Assembly: GCA_963737905.1 (NCBI GenBank) | Contig: CAVTUQ010000004.1 | Span: forward strand, 1-64,000 | DNA from: an uncultured delta proteobacterium | GTDB taxonomy: Bacteria > Desulfobacterota > Binatia > UBA9968 | Reading direction: 5' to 3' | DNA: 64,000 nucleotides | Shown here: piece after piece, positions 49,457 to 58,802 of the stretch | Numbering within the stretch: position 1 is the first letter of the stretch | How the letters are laid out: each line of letters opens with the position of its first letter | The notes under the pieces: generated by a model | Told to the model about the DNA's origin: nothing | What the model saw: only the letters and a program-made list of their open reading frames with translations | The model's database searches: none | Program-made: the position numbers and the translations under genes

Positions 49457-49498
49457 CTAGCAGGTGGCTGATAACTCGGTTTGCAGGCTGCTCAAGAT
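49457..49498. mobile_element. Isolated end of the MITE family seen at 61927-62098
   Basis: CTAGCAGGTGGCTGA then TCGGTTTGCAGGCTGCTCAAG (49476-49496), the exact reverse complement of 62070-62090. Confidence 0.65.
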
Positions 49499-49509
49499 CT
49501 GAAGGGGTT

Positions 49510-49545
49510 TTAAACGGTTTGAACTGTTTGAACGCATTGAGCTGT
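49510..49545 (-). repeat. 9-bp tandem array TTGAACnnn x4
   Basis: TTAAACGGT TTGAACTGT TTGAACGCA TTGAGCTGT. Confidence 0.8.
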
Positions 49546-49555
49546 TTGTGTGTAA

Positions 49556-50395
49556 CTAGGCCTGCCTCCTCAATTTAGGATCCAATATGTCGCGCAGGCC
49601 GTCGCCCAGCAGATTGATACCAAAAACCGTAATGAAGATCGCCAGCCCAGGAAAGATAGTGAGCCATGGAGCGCGGTTCATATAGCTCCTTCCCTCGCTC
49701 AACATAGAGCCCCATGTCGGAATGCTGGCCGGCACGCCGAGACCAAGAAAACTCAGGCTGGCCTCGGAGATAATGACAATGGCCATAGCAAAAGTAGCGA
49801 TGACTGTGACGCTGGCAAAGGTGTTGGGCACCACGTGCTTCAGGAGAACGTAGAAGTCCTTGCCGCCCAGTGCCTTTGCTGCGGTGACAAAATCACGCTC
49901 TTTCAAGGATAGCACCTCGCCACGCACGACCCGGCAGTACTGCACCCATCGACTCATCATCAAAGCCAGAATGATATTCACCACTCCTTGCCCGAGAAAG
50001 GCCATCAAGGCGATGGCAAGCAAAAGAAACGGAAACGCTAGAAATATTTCCGTGATCTTGGTGACTATTTCATCGGTTCCGTGACCGAAGTATCCCGCGA
50101 TGGCCCCCAAGAAGCAGCCGATGAGACCGGCAAGAATGACCGTCGTCGCCCCCACCAAGAGCGAGATGCGCGAGCCATAAATGATCCGACTTAAAATATC
50201 CCGCCCCAGGTTGTCAGTGCCAAGCCAACTGGAGCGCGACTGACCCCCCATCCAACTTGGTGGTTGCAAGCGCGATTCGAGCCGCTGCTCCTGTGGATCG
50301 AAGGGCGCGAGGAACGGCGCCGCCAAGCCGCAAATGACAAGGAGAATGAGGATCCAGCCACCCAGCAAAATTTTCAAATAACGCAATCGCACCAT
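49556..50395 (-). CDS. Peptide ABC permease, DppC/OppC-like
   Basis: LGTDNLGRDILSRIIYGSRISL, EASLSFLGLG, GDGLRD. Confidence 0.92.
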   Translation of the reverse strand: MVRLRYLKILLGGWILILLVICGLAAPFLAPFDPQEQRLESRLQPPSWMGGQSRSSWLGTDNLGRDILSRIIYGSRISLLVGATTVILAGLIGCFLGAIAGYFGHGTDEIVTKITEIFLAFPFLLLAIALMAFLGQGVVNIILALMMSRWVQYCRVVRGEVLSLKERDFVTAAKALGGKDFYVLLKHVVPNTFASVTVIATFAMAIVIISEASLSFLGLGVPASIPTWGSMLSEGRSYMNRAPWLTIFPGLAIFITVFGINLLGDGLRDILDPKLRRQA

Positions 50396-51393
50396 TACAG
50401 CTTTATCCTGGGGTCGACGAAGGTGTAGAGCATATCGACCAAAAGGTTCACGACAAAATAAATAATCCCAAAGAACAAGATAAGCACCTGAGTGAGCCGG
50501 TAGTCTCGCACGGAGATCGATTGAATCAACAGATCACCGATGCCCGGGTAAGAGAAAACCGTTTCCGTGATCACCGAACCATTGAGAAGCGCACCCAGTT
50601 GCAGTCCAAGCACGGTAATGACCGTTATGAGCGCATTACGCAGGATGTGGCGCCAGACAACCACGCGCTCGCTCAGCCCTTTCGCCCGTGCCGTCATGAC
50701 GTAGTCCTGGCGCATGACTTCGAGCACGCTGGAGCGGGTGATGCGCGTGACGATACCCGCGAGAGCGGTGCCGAGGGTCACAGCGGGCATCAATAGATGC
50801 TTAAACGCACTCCAAAACGCGGTAAAATTTCCGGTAATCAAACTGTCCAGTAAGTAAAGCCGTGTAATCGACTTGACCTCAATGCCGTACTCAATCCGGC
50901 CCGCAACCGGCAGCAGATTCCATTGGCCGCCGAGAAAATAGATCAGCATGATACCAAGCCAAAAATTGGGAAGAGAGACACCGATGAGTGCGATCCCGGT
51001 TCCGGCATGGTCGAACAAAGTGTCGCGCTTGATCGCCGAATAGATGCCGATGGGGATGGAAATCGAAATCGCCACCAGCAAGCTCACGGTTGCAAGCTCG
51101 ATGGTCGCCGGCAGCCGTTCGGAAACGAGCTTGAGCACAGGCTCACCGAACTTTAGCGACTTACCGAAATCACCCACCAGCGCCCGGGAAATGAATTGCC
51201 AATACTGGACGAGGAGCGGTTGGTCCAGTCCCCACTCATGCCGCACGCGCGCCACGTCACCCGGTGTGGCATCGTCCCCCAAAAGAAGCACAACCGGGTC
51301 GCCGGGGGCGAGGTGCATCAGCATAAAAACAAGAAAGGAAATCCCGAGGAGAACCGGCACCGCGCCAACAATCCTGCGTCCAAGTGTGTTCAT
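50395..51393 (-). CDS. Peptide ABC permease, DppB/OppB-like
   Basis: APGDP, GDFGKS, DYVMTARAKGL, ETVFSYPGIG, DPRI. Confidence 0.92.
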   Translation of the reverse strand: MNTLGRRIVGAVPVLLGISFLVFMLMHLAPGDPVVLLLGDDATPGDVARVRHEWGLDQPLLVQYWQFISRALVGDFGKSLKFGEPVLKLVSERLPATIELATVSLLVAISISIPIGIYSAIKRDTLFDHAGTGIALIGVSLPNFWLGIMLIYFLGGQWNLLPVAGRIEYGIEVKSITRLYLLDSLITGNFTAFWSAFKHLLMPAVTLGTALAGIVTRITRSSVLEVMRQDYVMTARAKGLSERVVVWRHILRNALITVITVLGLQLGALLNGSVITETVFSYPGIGDLLIQSISVRDYRLTQVLILFFGIIYFVVNLLVDMLYTFVDPRIKL

Positions 51394-51468
51394 CTGTAAC
51401 TAGGGCAAGAACCACTAAGCCTTAACATCTCGACGGAAGAAAGGAAGTTAAGCCATCATTTCACAGGC

Positions 51469-52755
51469 TTATTGTCCCAACTGTGAAAACGAGCGATCCA
51501 GTTGCTTCAATGCCTGATCGATCTGGTCTTGGTTGACATTCAACGGCGGCGCAACACGAAGGACGTTTCCGTAAGTGCCGCCTTTGCCGACCAAGAGCCC
51601 GTTGGTTTTCGTCAACTCCATCAGCCTCTTCGCGGCTTCAGCGTCGGGTCTCTTCTTCTCACCGACGAGTTCCATACCTTGCATCAAACCCATACCGCGC
51701 ACGTCGCCGATGACAGGGTATTTTTCTTTCAAAACATCCAGCCCTTCCCGCAACCTGTTTCCCATGACACGAGCATTTTCTACCAGGTTTTCTTCCTCGA
51801 TCACTTCAATCGTGGCATGCGCCGCCGTACAGGTTACGGGATTGCCGCCGAAGGTCGAGATCGTGTTGCCTTGCATACTGTCGGCGACTTCCGGGGTTGC
51901 GATGGTCGCACCGATAGGAACCCCGTTGGCCATTCCTTTGGCGAAAGTCATGATATCGGGCTCGACACCCCAATGCTCGATGCCAAACATTTTGCCGCCC
52001 GTGCGGCCCCAAGCGGTCTGCACCTCGTCGCAGATGAAAAGGCCGCCGTATTTCCTGACGATGCCGACGATCTCTTTGAAATACTCTTTCGGGGGCGTGA
52101 TGAAACCGCCCACGCCTTGTATGGGCTCCGCCAAGAAAGCGGCGATGCGCCCCTGTGACGTCGTCGTTTGAATCGCCTCTTCGACGTCCTTAGCGCATTT
52201 CAAGTCACAACTGGGATAAGTAAGCCCGAAAGGACAACGGTAGCAATAGGCGTTGGGAATATGGTGGACGCCGGGAACGACATTGGGCGTCAGCCGCCAG
52301 CTGGATTGCGCCGAAAGGCTGAGTGCCAAATAGGAGCGACCGCTGTAGCTATGACGCAAGGTGATGACATCTTGGCACTTCGTATAGATCTGCGCCAGCA
52401 GCACCGCGGTTTCGTTGGCTTCGGTGCCGCTGTTCGTAAAAAAAGATTTTTCTAACCGTCCCGGTGTGATCTGAGCGAGTTTCTCCGCCAACCGAACCTG
52501 CGGCTCGTTGGCATATAACGTCGAGATATGTTGCAACCTGTCGGTTTGGTCGTGGATCGCTTTGGTAACCTTTTCATTGCAATGGCCCACACTGACGGTC
52601 AAGATGCCGCCAAAAAAATCCAGGAACTCATTTCCCTCGGCGTCGTAAACATAGTTGTCCTTCGCATGGTCGACCACGAGGGGCTCATCGTAGTAAGTGG
52701 AAACGCATGAGAAGAGGTATCTTCTCTGTTTTTCGATGATTTCGTTTTTATTCAT
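51469..52755 (-). CDS. Class III PLP aminotransferase (AGXT2/GABA-T-like)
   Basis: FTNSGTEANE, EPIQGVGG, DEVQTAWGRTG, FAKGMANG, TFGGNP. Confidence 0.9.
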   Translation of the reverse strand: MNKNEIIEKQRRYLFSCVSTYYDEPLVVDHAKDNYVYDAEGNEFLDFFGGILTVSVGHCNEKVTKAIHDQTDRLQHISTLYANEPQVRLAEKLAQITPGRLEKSFFTNSGTEANETAVLLAQIYTKCQDVITLRHSYSGRSYLALSLSAQSSWRLTPNVVPGVHHIPNAYCYRCPFGLTYPSCDLKCAKDVEEAIQTTTSQGRIAAFLAEPIQGVGGFITPPKEYFKEIVGIVRKYGGLFICDEVQTAWGRTGGKMFGIEHWGVEPDIMTFAKGMANGVPIGATIATPEVADSMQGNTISTFGGNPVTCTAAHATIEVIEEENLVENARVMGNRLREGLDVLKEKYPVIGDVRGMGLMQGMELVGEKKRPDAEAAKRLMELTKTNGLLVGKGGTYGNVLRVAPPLNVNQDQIDQALKQLDRSFSQLGQ

Positions 52756-52779
52756 TTGATTGACAGTGCTGCGGACGAT

Positions 52780-52815
52780 TTGAACGACTTGAACGTTTGG
52801 AACGATTTGAACTCT
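52780..52815 (-). repeat. 9-bp tandem array TTGAACnnn x4
   Basis: TTGAACGAC TTGAACGTT TGGAACGAT TTGAACTCT. Confidence 0.85.
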
Positions 52816-52822
52816 TCCGTTT

Positions 52823-53677
52823 CTAGTGGCGACCTAGGAAATCCAAAATCGGCGGATGGCCCTTCTCCGGCATTTCACGCAGATAGCCATGCGCGCCGCC
52901 TTCAACAATCACCAGCTCGGCGTTAGGGATTTTTTCAGCGAGGACTTTGGCGGATTCAACGTGACTACCCGTTCCGCCTTCGTGGGTGTCTCCGCTGCCG
53001 ACGATGACCAATGTCGGCGCTTTGATCTTATGTATGAGGTCTGAAGTCTCATGGCACTGCCGGGCAACAACGTGGCGCAGATAGCACTTCAGCGGCGGCA
53101 CTTCGTCGACAATGAGATCCTGAAATTCTTTTACGACCTCCGGATGTTCTTTTACAAACTGATCCGTAAACATGAAGCCGGGTCCCCAGTGGTCGTGCTG
53201 GTATTTCTCATAGCCCTTCTCAATCATTTCAAGGGCAGCGTCCAGAGGCACACCGCGCGGGTAGTCTTCAAGCTTATCACTGTATTTTCCCGAGCCAGGG
53301 CCGGACAGAACCAAACTACGAACTTTCTCGGGATAATCCAGAGCGACCCATTGGAGCACCCTCGCCCCCATGGAGTGGCCCATCATATGGGCCTTCTTGA
53401 TGCCGAGAGCATCCATCAAACCTACACAGTCTTTGGCGAAAAGCCGGGTTGTATAGTGCATGTCGGGCTTGTCACTCCGGCCTAATCCGCGATGGTCGTA
53501 AATAAGAACCTGATAGTGCTTGGAGAACTCCGGCACCTGAAAGACCCGCCAAGGGGCAAGGCTGATCCCTGTGCCGGCGACTAAAACCAGAGGGTCTCCG
53601 TGCCCGTAGAGTTCATAGTACAGGTTCACGTCATCGACTTTGACTTTGCCAGTTTTAACCGGTCTAGGTGTCTCCAT
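52823..53677 (-). CDS. Alpha/beta hydrolase (enol-lactone hydrolase-like)
   Basis: YDHRGLGRS, GHSMGA, GSGD, GAHG. Confidence 0.88.
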   Translation of the reverse strand: METPRPVKTGKVKVDDVNLYYELYGHGDPLVLVAGTGISLAPWRVFQVPEFSKHYQVLIYDHRGLGRSDKPDMHYTTRLFAKDCVGLMDALGIKKAHMMGHSMGARVLQWVALDYPEKVRSLVLSGPGSGKYSDKLEDYPRGVPLDAALEMIEKGYEKYQHDHWGPGFMFTDQFVKEHPEVVKEFQDLIVDEVPPLKCYLRHVVARQCHETSDLIHKIKAPTLVIVGSGDTHEGGTGSHVESAKVLAEKIPNAELVIVEGGAHGYLREMPEKGHPPILDFLGRH

Positions 53678-53793
53678 GAATACTCCCAAATTGCAGCTGG
53701 CAGAGCTGATCAGTCACTGCCATGACAACGAATATGAAGCACGACGCTATCGAATCCAAAAATTACTGTCAACGCTGTGATCGGTTGACACCC

Positions 53794-55383
53794 TCAGTCA
53801 ACCTTTCCCGGCCCGTAGATGACTTTACCGGGCCGCGCTCCGGTGTGATAGCCGTTATCAATGACCACAGTGCCGTTGACGAGCACGTAATCGATTCCTT
53901 TAGGATATTGTTTCGGATCGTCATAGGTCGCCGTGTCCGCCACGGTATCGGGATCGAACATCACAATGTCAGCCCAATGGCCTTCCTTGAGTAGACCTCG
54001 ATCTTTGAGGCCGAGAACCTGAGCTGGCAACGACGTCATCTTGCGGATCGCGTCTTCCAACTGAAGGACCTTTTCTTCTCGCGTGTATTTACCGAGCACC
54101 CGTGGATTGGTCCCGAAACTTCGCGGATGGGGCTTGCCTGGATATTTTTGGTTCAAGGCGCTGCCGTCTGAGCCGATTGAGATCCACGGCACTCGCATGA
54201 CGCTTTTGACATCATCCTCGGACATCGTGTGGTGCACTCCATGAATGAACATCCCCTCTTCATAAATCAGATCGAAGCAAGCGCTAACTGGATCTTGTCC
54301 GCGGATCTTGGCGATCTCGGCGATAGTCTTACCCTCCAAGGGTTTCAGGCTTTCCGTGTCCACCCGTGCCGCCACGATCCCTTCCCAACCGCCATGCTCG
54401 TTCACGTATTGGTCGAACTCCGGATCCTTCATAACTCTTTCGCGGAACGTGGGGCTCTTGAATTGAGAAATCGTCTCATTCAACGGCGCATCTTGAACCC
54501 AACGCGGAAACAATCGCCGCCACGGATGCTGCATCGCCGTATAGGGGTACTGATTTGCGGTGATTTCCAGACCTTCGCGCCGAGCCTCTTCGATTTGCTC
54601 GATGACCTGGCGGACGCGCCCCCAGTTACTTTTGGCGCGCATCTTCAGGTGATAAACGTGAATGGGAATGCCGGACTTGCGGGCGATATGCAGTGTTTTC
54701 GCCAGCTCCTCCATGATATCGAAGCCCTCGCTCCCCAGGTGGACGCCATAATAGCCCCCGTAGCGGCGGACAACCTTGGCCATCTCCACAACCTCGTCTG
54801 GATACTCCGGTCCCTTGGCGTGCCACGCCGCGGTGAGGCCCAGTGCACCCTCTTCCATCGCCTCGGCGACGAGGCGGTTCATCTTTTCCTGTTCCGCAGC
54901 GTTCGCCGGCCGCTCGTCGAATCCCATCACAACGCGCTTCACCTGTTGCGGCGAGACGCCTGAGGCGACGTTGATGGATATCCCGCCTCTCAACACTGTA
55001 CGGAAGTACCCTGTAAACGAGTTCCAATCCGTCTCTATTCCGTTGCGACGGCGGTGCTCAAGCTTATACTCCTCCAGCACCGCGCCTTCTAAAGGTGCCA
55101 CCGTCTGGCTCTCGCCGATGACGTCCAGGGTTACACCCTGGCGGACCTTACTCTCAGCGTTGCCGTCGGCAATCAGCGGCTGATCGCTGTGCGTGTGCAT
55201 GTCGATGTAGCCGGGCGTGACCACCCGCCCTTTGGCGGAAATTGCCCGCTGGCCGGAGTCAGGATCAATCTTACCGATGCCGGCAATCTTGCCGTCCTTT
55301 ATTGCCACGTCGCCATAGAACCACGGATTCCCCGTGCCATCGATCAGCCTGCCGCCATGAATTACGATATCGAATTCAGCCAT
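53794..55383 (-). CDS. N-acyl-D-amino-acid deacylase (D-aminoacylase)
   Basis: PGYIDMHTHSD, QGVT, YHLK, YPYTA, GSDG, HPRSFGTNPRVLG. Confidence 0.9.
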   Translation of the reverse strand: MAEFDIVIHGGRLIDGTGNPWFYGDVAIKDGKIAGIGKIDPDSGQRAISAKGRVVTPGYIDMHTHSDQPLIADGNAESKVRQGVTLDVIGESQTVAPLEGAVLEEYKLEHRRRNGIETDWNSFTGYFRTVLRGGISINVASGVSPQQVKRVVMGFDERPANAAEQEKMNRLVAEAMEEGALGLTAAWHAKGPEYPDEVVEMAKVVRRYGGYYGVHLGSEGFDIMEELAKTLHIARKSGIPIHVYHLKMRAKSNWGRVRQVIEQIEEARREGLEITANQYPYTAMQHPWRRLFPRWVQDAPLNETISQFKSPTFRERVMKDPEFDQYVNEHGGWEGIVAARVDTESLKPLEGKTIAEIAKIRGQDPVSACFDLIYEEGMFIHGVHHTMSEDDVKSVMRVPWISIGSDGSALNQKYPGKPHPRSFGTNPRVLGKYTREEKVLQLEDAIRKMTSLPAQVLGLKDRGLLKEGHWADIVMFDPDTVADTATYDDPKQYPKGIDYVLVNGTVVIDNGYHTGARPGKVIYGPGKVD

Positions 55384-55523
55384 TACGCCTCCCGTCGGTT
55401 GGCTTTCTCAAGCCCCTATATCACTGGCGATAAGACGACTACAACCGTTCCGATTCAATAATTGGACCGGCAATAACACGACAGAAGCTTTAAGAATGTG
55501 ATAAACAAGTCTGAGGTGAAGCC

Positions 55524-56075
55524 ATGATTCGACCCGAGTTCAGAAAGCTCCTCATGGACCAGCGCGGAGCGGCGGTCATTCTCTGGAGCTTTTTCATGAT
55601 GTCCATCGTCATTTACATCGTGATCACCCACAACGTGCTGGCCAATCCGAAGTACGCCCAGGGTCTGTCCTTCGCGGAAACGGCGAGGATAGTGCTGTGG
55701 ATTCTCGTAGTGATCGATCTCGGCTACTACATTTTCTGGAAAAGGCGCTATCTCACGCCACAGGCGATCCTCCACAATGCTCAAAAGACGAAACTTTTTC
55801 GAGCGTTGCAAGAACACAAGGGTTCCGTCGAAGAGCGCGCCGCATCAGTGGTATCCACCTTTGTGACGCGGAAGGTTGTTCTCTTCGCCATCATTGAAGC
55901 CATCGCGGTTTACGGCTTAGTTTTGGCTATCGTCGGCCGCTATCTCTCGGATCAGTATATGCTTTCAGCGTTGAGTCTGGCCCTACTGGCTCTTGAGTTT
56001 CCAAGGGAACGTTTCCTCGCAAGCCTCGTGCAGGAAATTGAAGCGCCTCCCAAAACTCTTGGAGCGGAAGCATAG
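55524..56075 (+). CDS. Hypothetical membrane protein (4 TM)
   Basis: Hydrophobic segments, a FAIIEAIAVYGLV motif, and a GAGG RBS. Confidence 0.65.
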   Translation: MIRPEFRKLLMDQRGAAVILWSFFMMSIVIYIVITHNVLANPKYAQGLSFAETARIVLWILVVIDLGYYIFWKRRYLTPQAILHNAQKTKLFRALQEHKGSVEERAASVVSTFVTRKVVLFAIIEAIAVYGLVLAIVGRYLSDQYMLSALSLALLALEFPRERFLASLVQEIEAPPKTLGAEA

Positions 56076-56092
56076 ACAGCGATAAAGCCGGA

Positions 56093-56779
56093 TTAATTTT
56101 CGACCTGCCACCGTCCGCGTTTCGTAGGATGACGTAAGGCCGAGTGCAGTCGCTTGAGAAACATTCGACGCGATAGCTCTTTGGCGCCGAGGTTCAACAT
56201 GTGTTCCGTGGTCATTTGTGAATCGATAAAGTGAAACCCCCAATTCTTCAGCTTCTCCACCAGAGTCGCGAGAGCCACTTTCGAAGCATCGCTTTTCAAA
56301 TGAAACATCGATTCGCCAAAAAAAGCCTTGCCTAATGAAACGCCGTAGAGCCCGCCGGCCAGTTTTTCCCCCAACCAACTCTCGACCGAGTGGGCGTAAC
56401 CCAGACCGTGAAGGTTGATGTAAGCCTCCTGCATCTCTTTCGTGATCCAGGTACCGTTCTGCGTTTCGCGGGGCACCACTGCGCAGGCCTGGATGACCTC
56501 TTCGAAAGCATGATCGAACGTGACCTGAAAAACCCCTTTTTTAAGGGTCTTACCTAAACTTCGAGAAATCTTGAAGTCTTCAAGATCGAGAATTAAACGA
56601 GGATCCGGCGACCACCAAAGGATGGGTTGGTCGTCCGAATACCAGGGAAATATTCCCACGCGATAGGCCTCCAGCAACCTCTCATGGGACAGGTCCCCGC
56701 CGACGGCGAGCAATCCGCTCGGATCGGCATAGTCCGGCGGAGGAAAAATCGGCTCGTCTACCAATCGAAATATCGGCAT
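56093..56779 (-). CDS. aat: Leucyl/phenylalanyl-tRNA-protein transferase
   Basis: GLLAVGGDL, AYRVGIFPW, WWSPDPR, GTWI, AHSVE, GGLYG, FFGESMF, ASKVAL. Confidence 0.95.
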   Translation of the reverse strand: MPIFRLVDEPIFPPPDYADPSGLLAVGGDLSHERLLEAYRVGIFPWYSDDQPILWWSPDPRLILDLEDFKISRSLGKTLKKGVFQVTFDHAFEEVIQACAVVPRETQNGTWITKEMQEAYINLHGLGYAHSVESWLGEKLAGGLYGVSLGKAFFGESMFHLKSDASKVALATLVEKLKNWGFHFIDSQMTTEHMLNLGAKELSRRMFLKRLHSALRHPTKRGRWQVEN

Positions 56780-56884
56780 CGAATCATTTTAACCTTCTCC
56801 CTTTCGTTTTTCATTCTCGGTCTAGCGGTTGCAAAACCACCTCTTCCGAGACTATGCTTTTTATGGTTGCAGAAAGGAAATGCT

Positions 56885-57271
56885 ATGTTCAAACGCATCG
56901 ACCATGTGGCCATTCACGTCTCCGACCTAAACCGCTCCGTCGCTTTCTACGAAGAACACTTCGGTTTCAAACAATACTTCCAACACGCGGCGACGGGTGG
57001 ATTGCAGATCGCGTATTTGAAACTCGGCGATACGGTCTTGGAACTGACGCACAAAACCGATGGCGCGATGTTGGGTTTTCACTTTTGCCTGGAAACGGAC
57101 AATTTTGACGCAACGGTATCTAAGCTACAGCAGGATGGGGTACAATTAATCCGTGCACCTCACGACACCGCCGCACGCGAACCGAGAGAGAACGGCTGGC
57201 GTCGGGTCGTTTTCGGAGGCCCGGATGGGGAGCAGATTGAGCTGACGAGGATGAACCACCGTGACTCGTGA
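56885..57271 (+). CDS. VOC/glyoxalase family protein (3' end probably extended by a 1-nt insertion)
   Basis: MFKRIDHVAI, LEL, FHFCL, GPDGEQIEL. Removing one A gives the ending ELRG*. Confidence 0.85.
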   Translation: MFKRIDHVAIHVSDLNRSVAFYEEHFGFKQYFQHAATGGLQIAYLKLGDTVLELTHKTDGAMLGFHFCLETDNFDATVSKLQQDGVQLIRAPHDTAAREPRENGWRRVVFGGPDGEQIELTRMNHRDS

Positions 57272-57314
57272 TCGTTTCTCGTGACCATTCACGAACACGA
57301 ATCACGAACACGAA
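57260..57314. repeat. Inverted tandem-repeat hairpin (CGTGA x3-4 / CACGAA x4)
   Basis: CGTGACT CGTGAT CGTTTCT CGTGA ccat TCACGAA CACGAAT CACGAA CACGAA. Confidence 0.75.
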
Positions 57315-57330
57315 AAGAGGGAAAAACAAT

Positions 57331-57639
57331 ATGTCTGAGAAACCAAATTCCACAATCCAGGTCACGTGTCCTTGCTGCAGCGCCATGTTAACAATCGACC
57401 CGACCCTGCCTGCGGTACTGAGTCACAAGCTGCCGCCAAAGCCACAACTCATCGCCGAGTTAAAAAGCGCCGCCCAGTTTGTCAAGGAAGAAGTCACCCG
57501 CCGCGATGAAAAGTATCAGCAGATCGTTGAAGCAGAAAAGAACAAATCGAAGGTGCTGGAGGCCAAATTTCAAGAGCTGCTCAAGAAGGCCAAAGAAGAG
57601 CCGATCACAAAGCCACTGAAAGACATCGATATAGACTAG
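57331..57639 (+). CDS. Small hypothetical protein with a CPCC motif and a coiled coil
   Basis: VTCPCCSAMLTID, a charged helical C-terminal half, and PLKDIDID end. GAGG RBS. Confidence 0.75.
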   Translation: MSEKPNSTIQVTCPCCSAMLTIDPTLPAVLSHKLPPKPQLIAELKSAAQFVKEEVTRRDEKYQQIVEAEKNKSKVLEAKFQELLKKAKEEPITKPLKDIDID

Positions 57640-57764
57640 CTGCAACTCGTTCAAGATCCCGCAAGCGGAACCCGATATTCTGAATCGCATCCCAAGGTCG
57701 AGAAACTAGTCGCGCTGCGATGACTTGGCTTCAAAAATAGGGCCGATCAGAATAGATTGCGACC

Positions 57765-58769
57765 ATGCGTGCGTTGCTTTTTGAAAAAGTCAGCCAGCCT
57801 TTGCGGAAGGCAGAGTTGCCCATGCCCCAGCCGGCGCTCGGTCAAGTTTTGATCCGGGTTCGCGCCTGCGCCGTGTGCCGGACTGACCTTCATGTGGTCG
57901 ATGGGGAGTTAACCCAGCCAAAACTTCCGCTGATCCCCGGTCACGAGATTGTCGGCACTGTAGAAGCGAAAGGCGAGGGCGCCGAGCGCTTTGAGATCGG
58001 CGATCGTGTCGGCATTCCATGGCTGGGTTGGACGTGCGGCGAGTGTTCCTATTGTCTGTGGGGACGGGAAAATCTTTGTGATAAGGCGCGATTTACCGGT
58101 TACACTATTGATGGTGGTTATGCGGACTACACGGTTGCGGATCAGCGTTTCTGTTTTCCAATTCCGGATTTTTATGGCGATACGGTGGCTGCGCCTCTCC
58201 TCTGCGCCGGTTTGATCGGATACCGGAGCTTAGTCAAGGCGGGCGATGGGAAACGTCTTGGAATCTACGGCTTCGGCGCGGCGGCGCATATCGTCACCCA
58301 GGTTGCCCGCTATCAGAACCGAGAGGTCTATGCGTTTACCCGGCCGGGCGACAAAGACGCAGCGACATTTGCTCTGGAACTTGGCGCTGTTTGGGCCGGT
58401 GGCTCGAACGAATTGCCTCCTACGAAACTGGATGCGGCGATCATCTTTGCGCCCGTCGGCGCACTTGTCCCGCAGGCTTTGCAGTCGGTCGGCAAAGGGG
58501 GAATCGTCGTTTGCGGTGGCATTCACATGAGCGACATCCCCTCATTTCCTTACGAAATCTTATGGGAAGAACGCTCCCTCTGCTCGGTCGCGAACCTCAC
58601 CCGATCAGATGGTGAAGAATTTCTAGCGCTCGCACCGCGAGTTCCCGTGCACACAAACATTCAAACTTTTCCCTTGGAAGAGGCCAACGAAGCTTTGGCT
58701 CGTCTGCGCTCTGGCAAGATTCAAGGAGCAGCGGTATTAGTAACGGAAGCTACAAGAGCCAGCGGCTGA
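57765..58769 (+). CDS. Zinc-dependent alcohol dehydrogenase family protein
   Basis: VCRTDLH, GHEIVG, CGECSYC..ENLC, GIYGFGAAAH, SVANLTR. Confidence 0.92.
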   Translation: MRALLFEKVSQPLRKAELPMPQPALGQVLIRVRACAVCRTDLHVVDGELTQPKLPLIPGHEIVGTVEAKGEGAERFEIGDRVGIPWLGWTCGECSYCLWGRENLCDKARFTGYTIDGGYADYTVADQRFCFPIPDFYGDTVAAPLLCAGLIGYRSLVKAGDGKRLGIYGFGAAAHIVTQVARYQNREVYAFTRPGDKDAATFALELGAVWAGGSNELPPTKLDAAIIFAPVGALVPQALQSVGKGGIVVCGGIHMSDIPSFPYEILWEERSLCSVANLTRSDGEEFLALAPRVPVHTNIQTFPLEEANEALARLRSGKIQGAAVLVTEATRASG

Positions 58770-58802
58770 ATTGTCTCATTCCCAGGGTCTAGAAAGCACT
58801 CT

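Noticed and set aside
53698-53722. TGGCAG..CTGA/TCAG..CTGCCA hairpin as another inverted tandem-repeat element
   Set aside because: Too short and degenerate to distinguish from chance.
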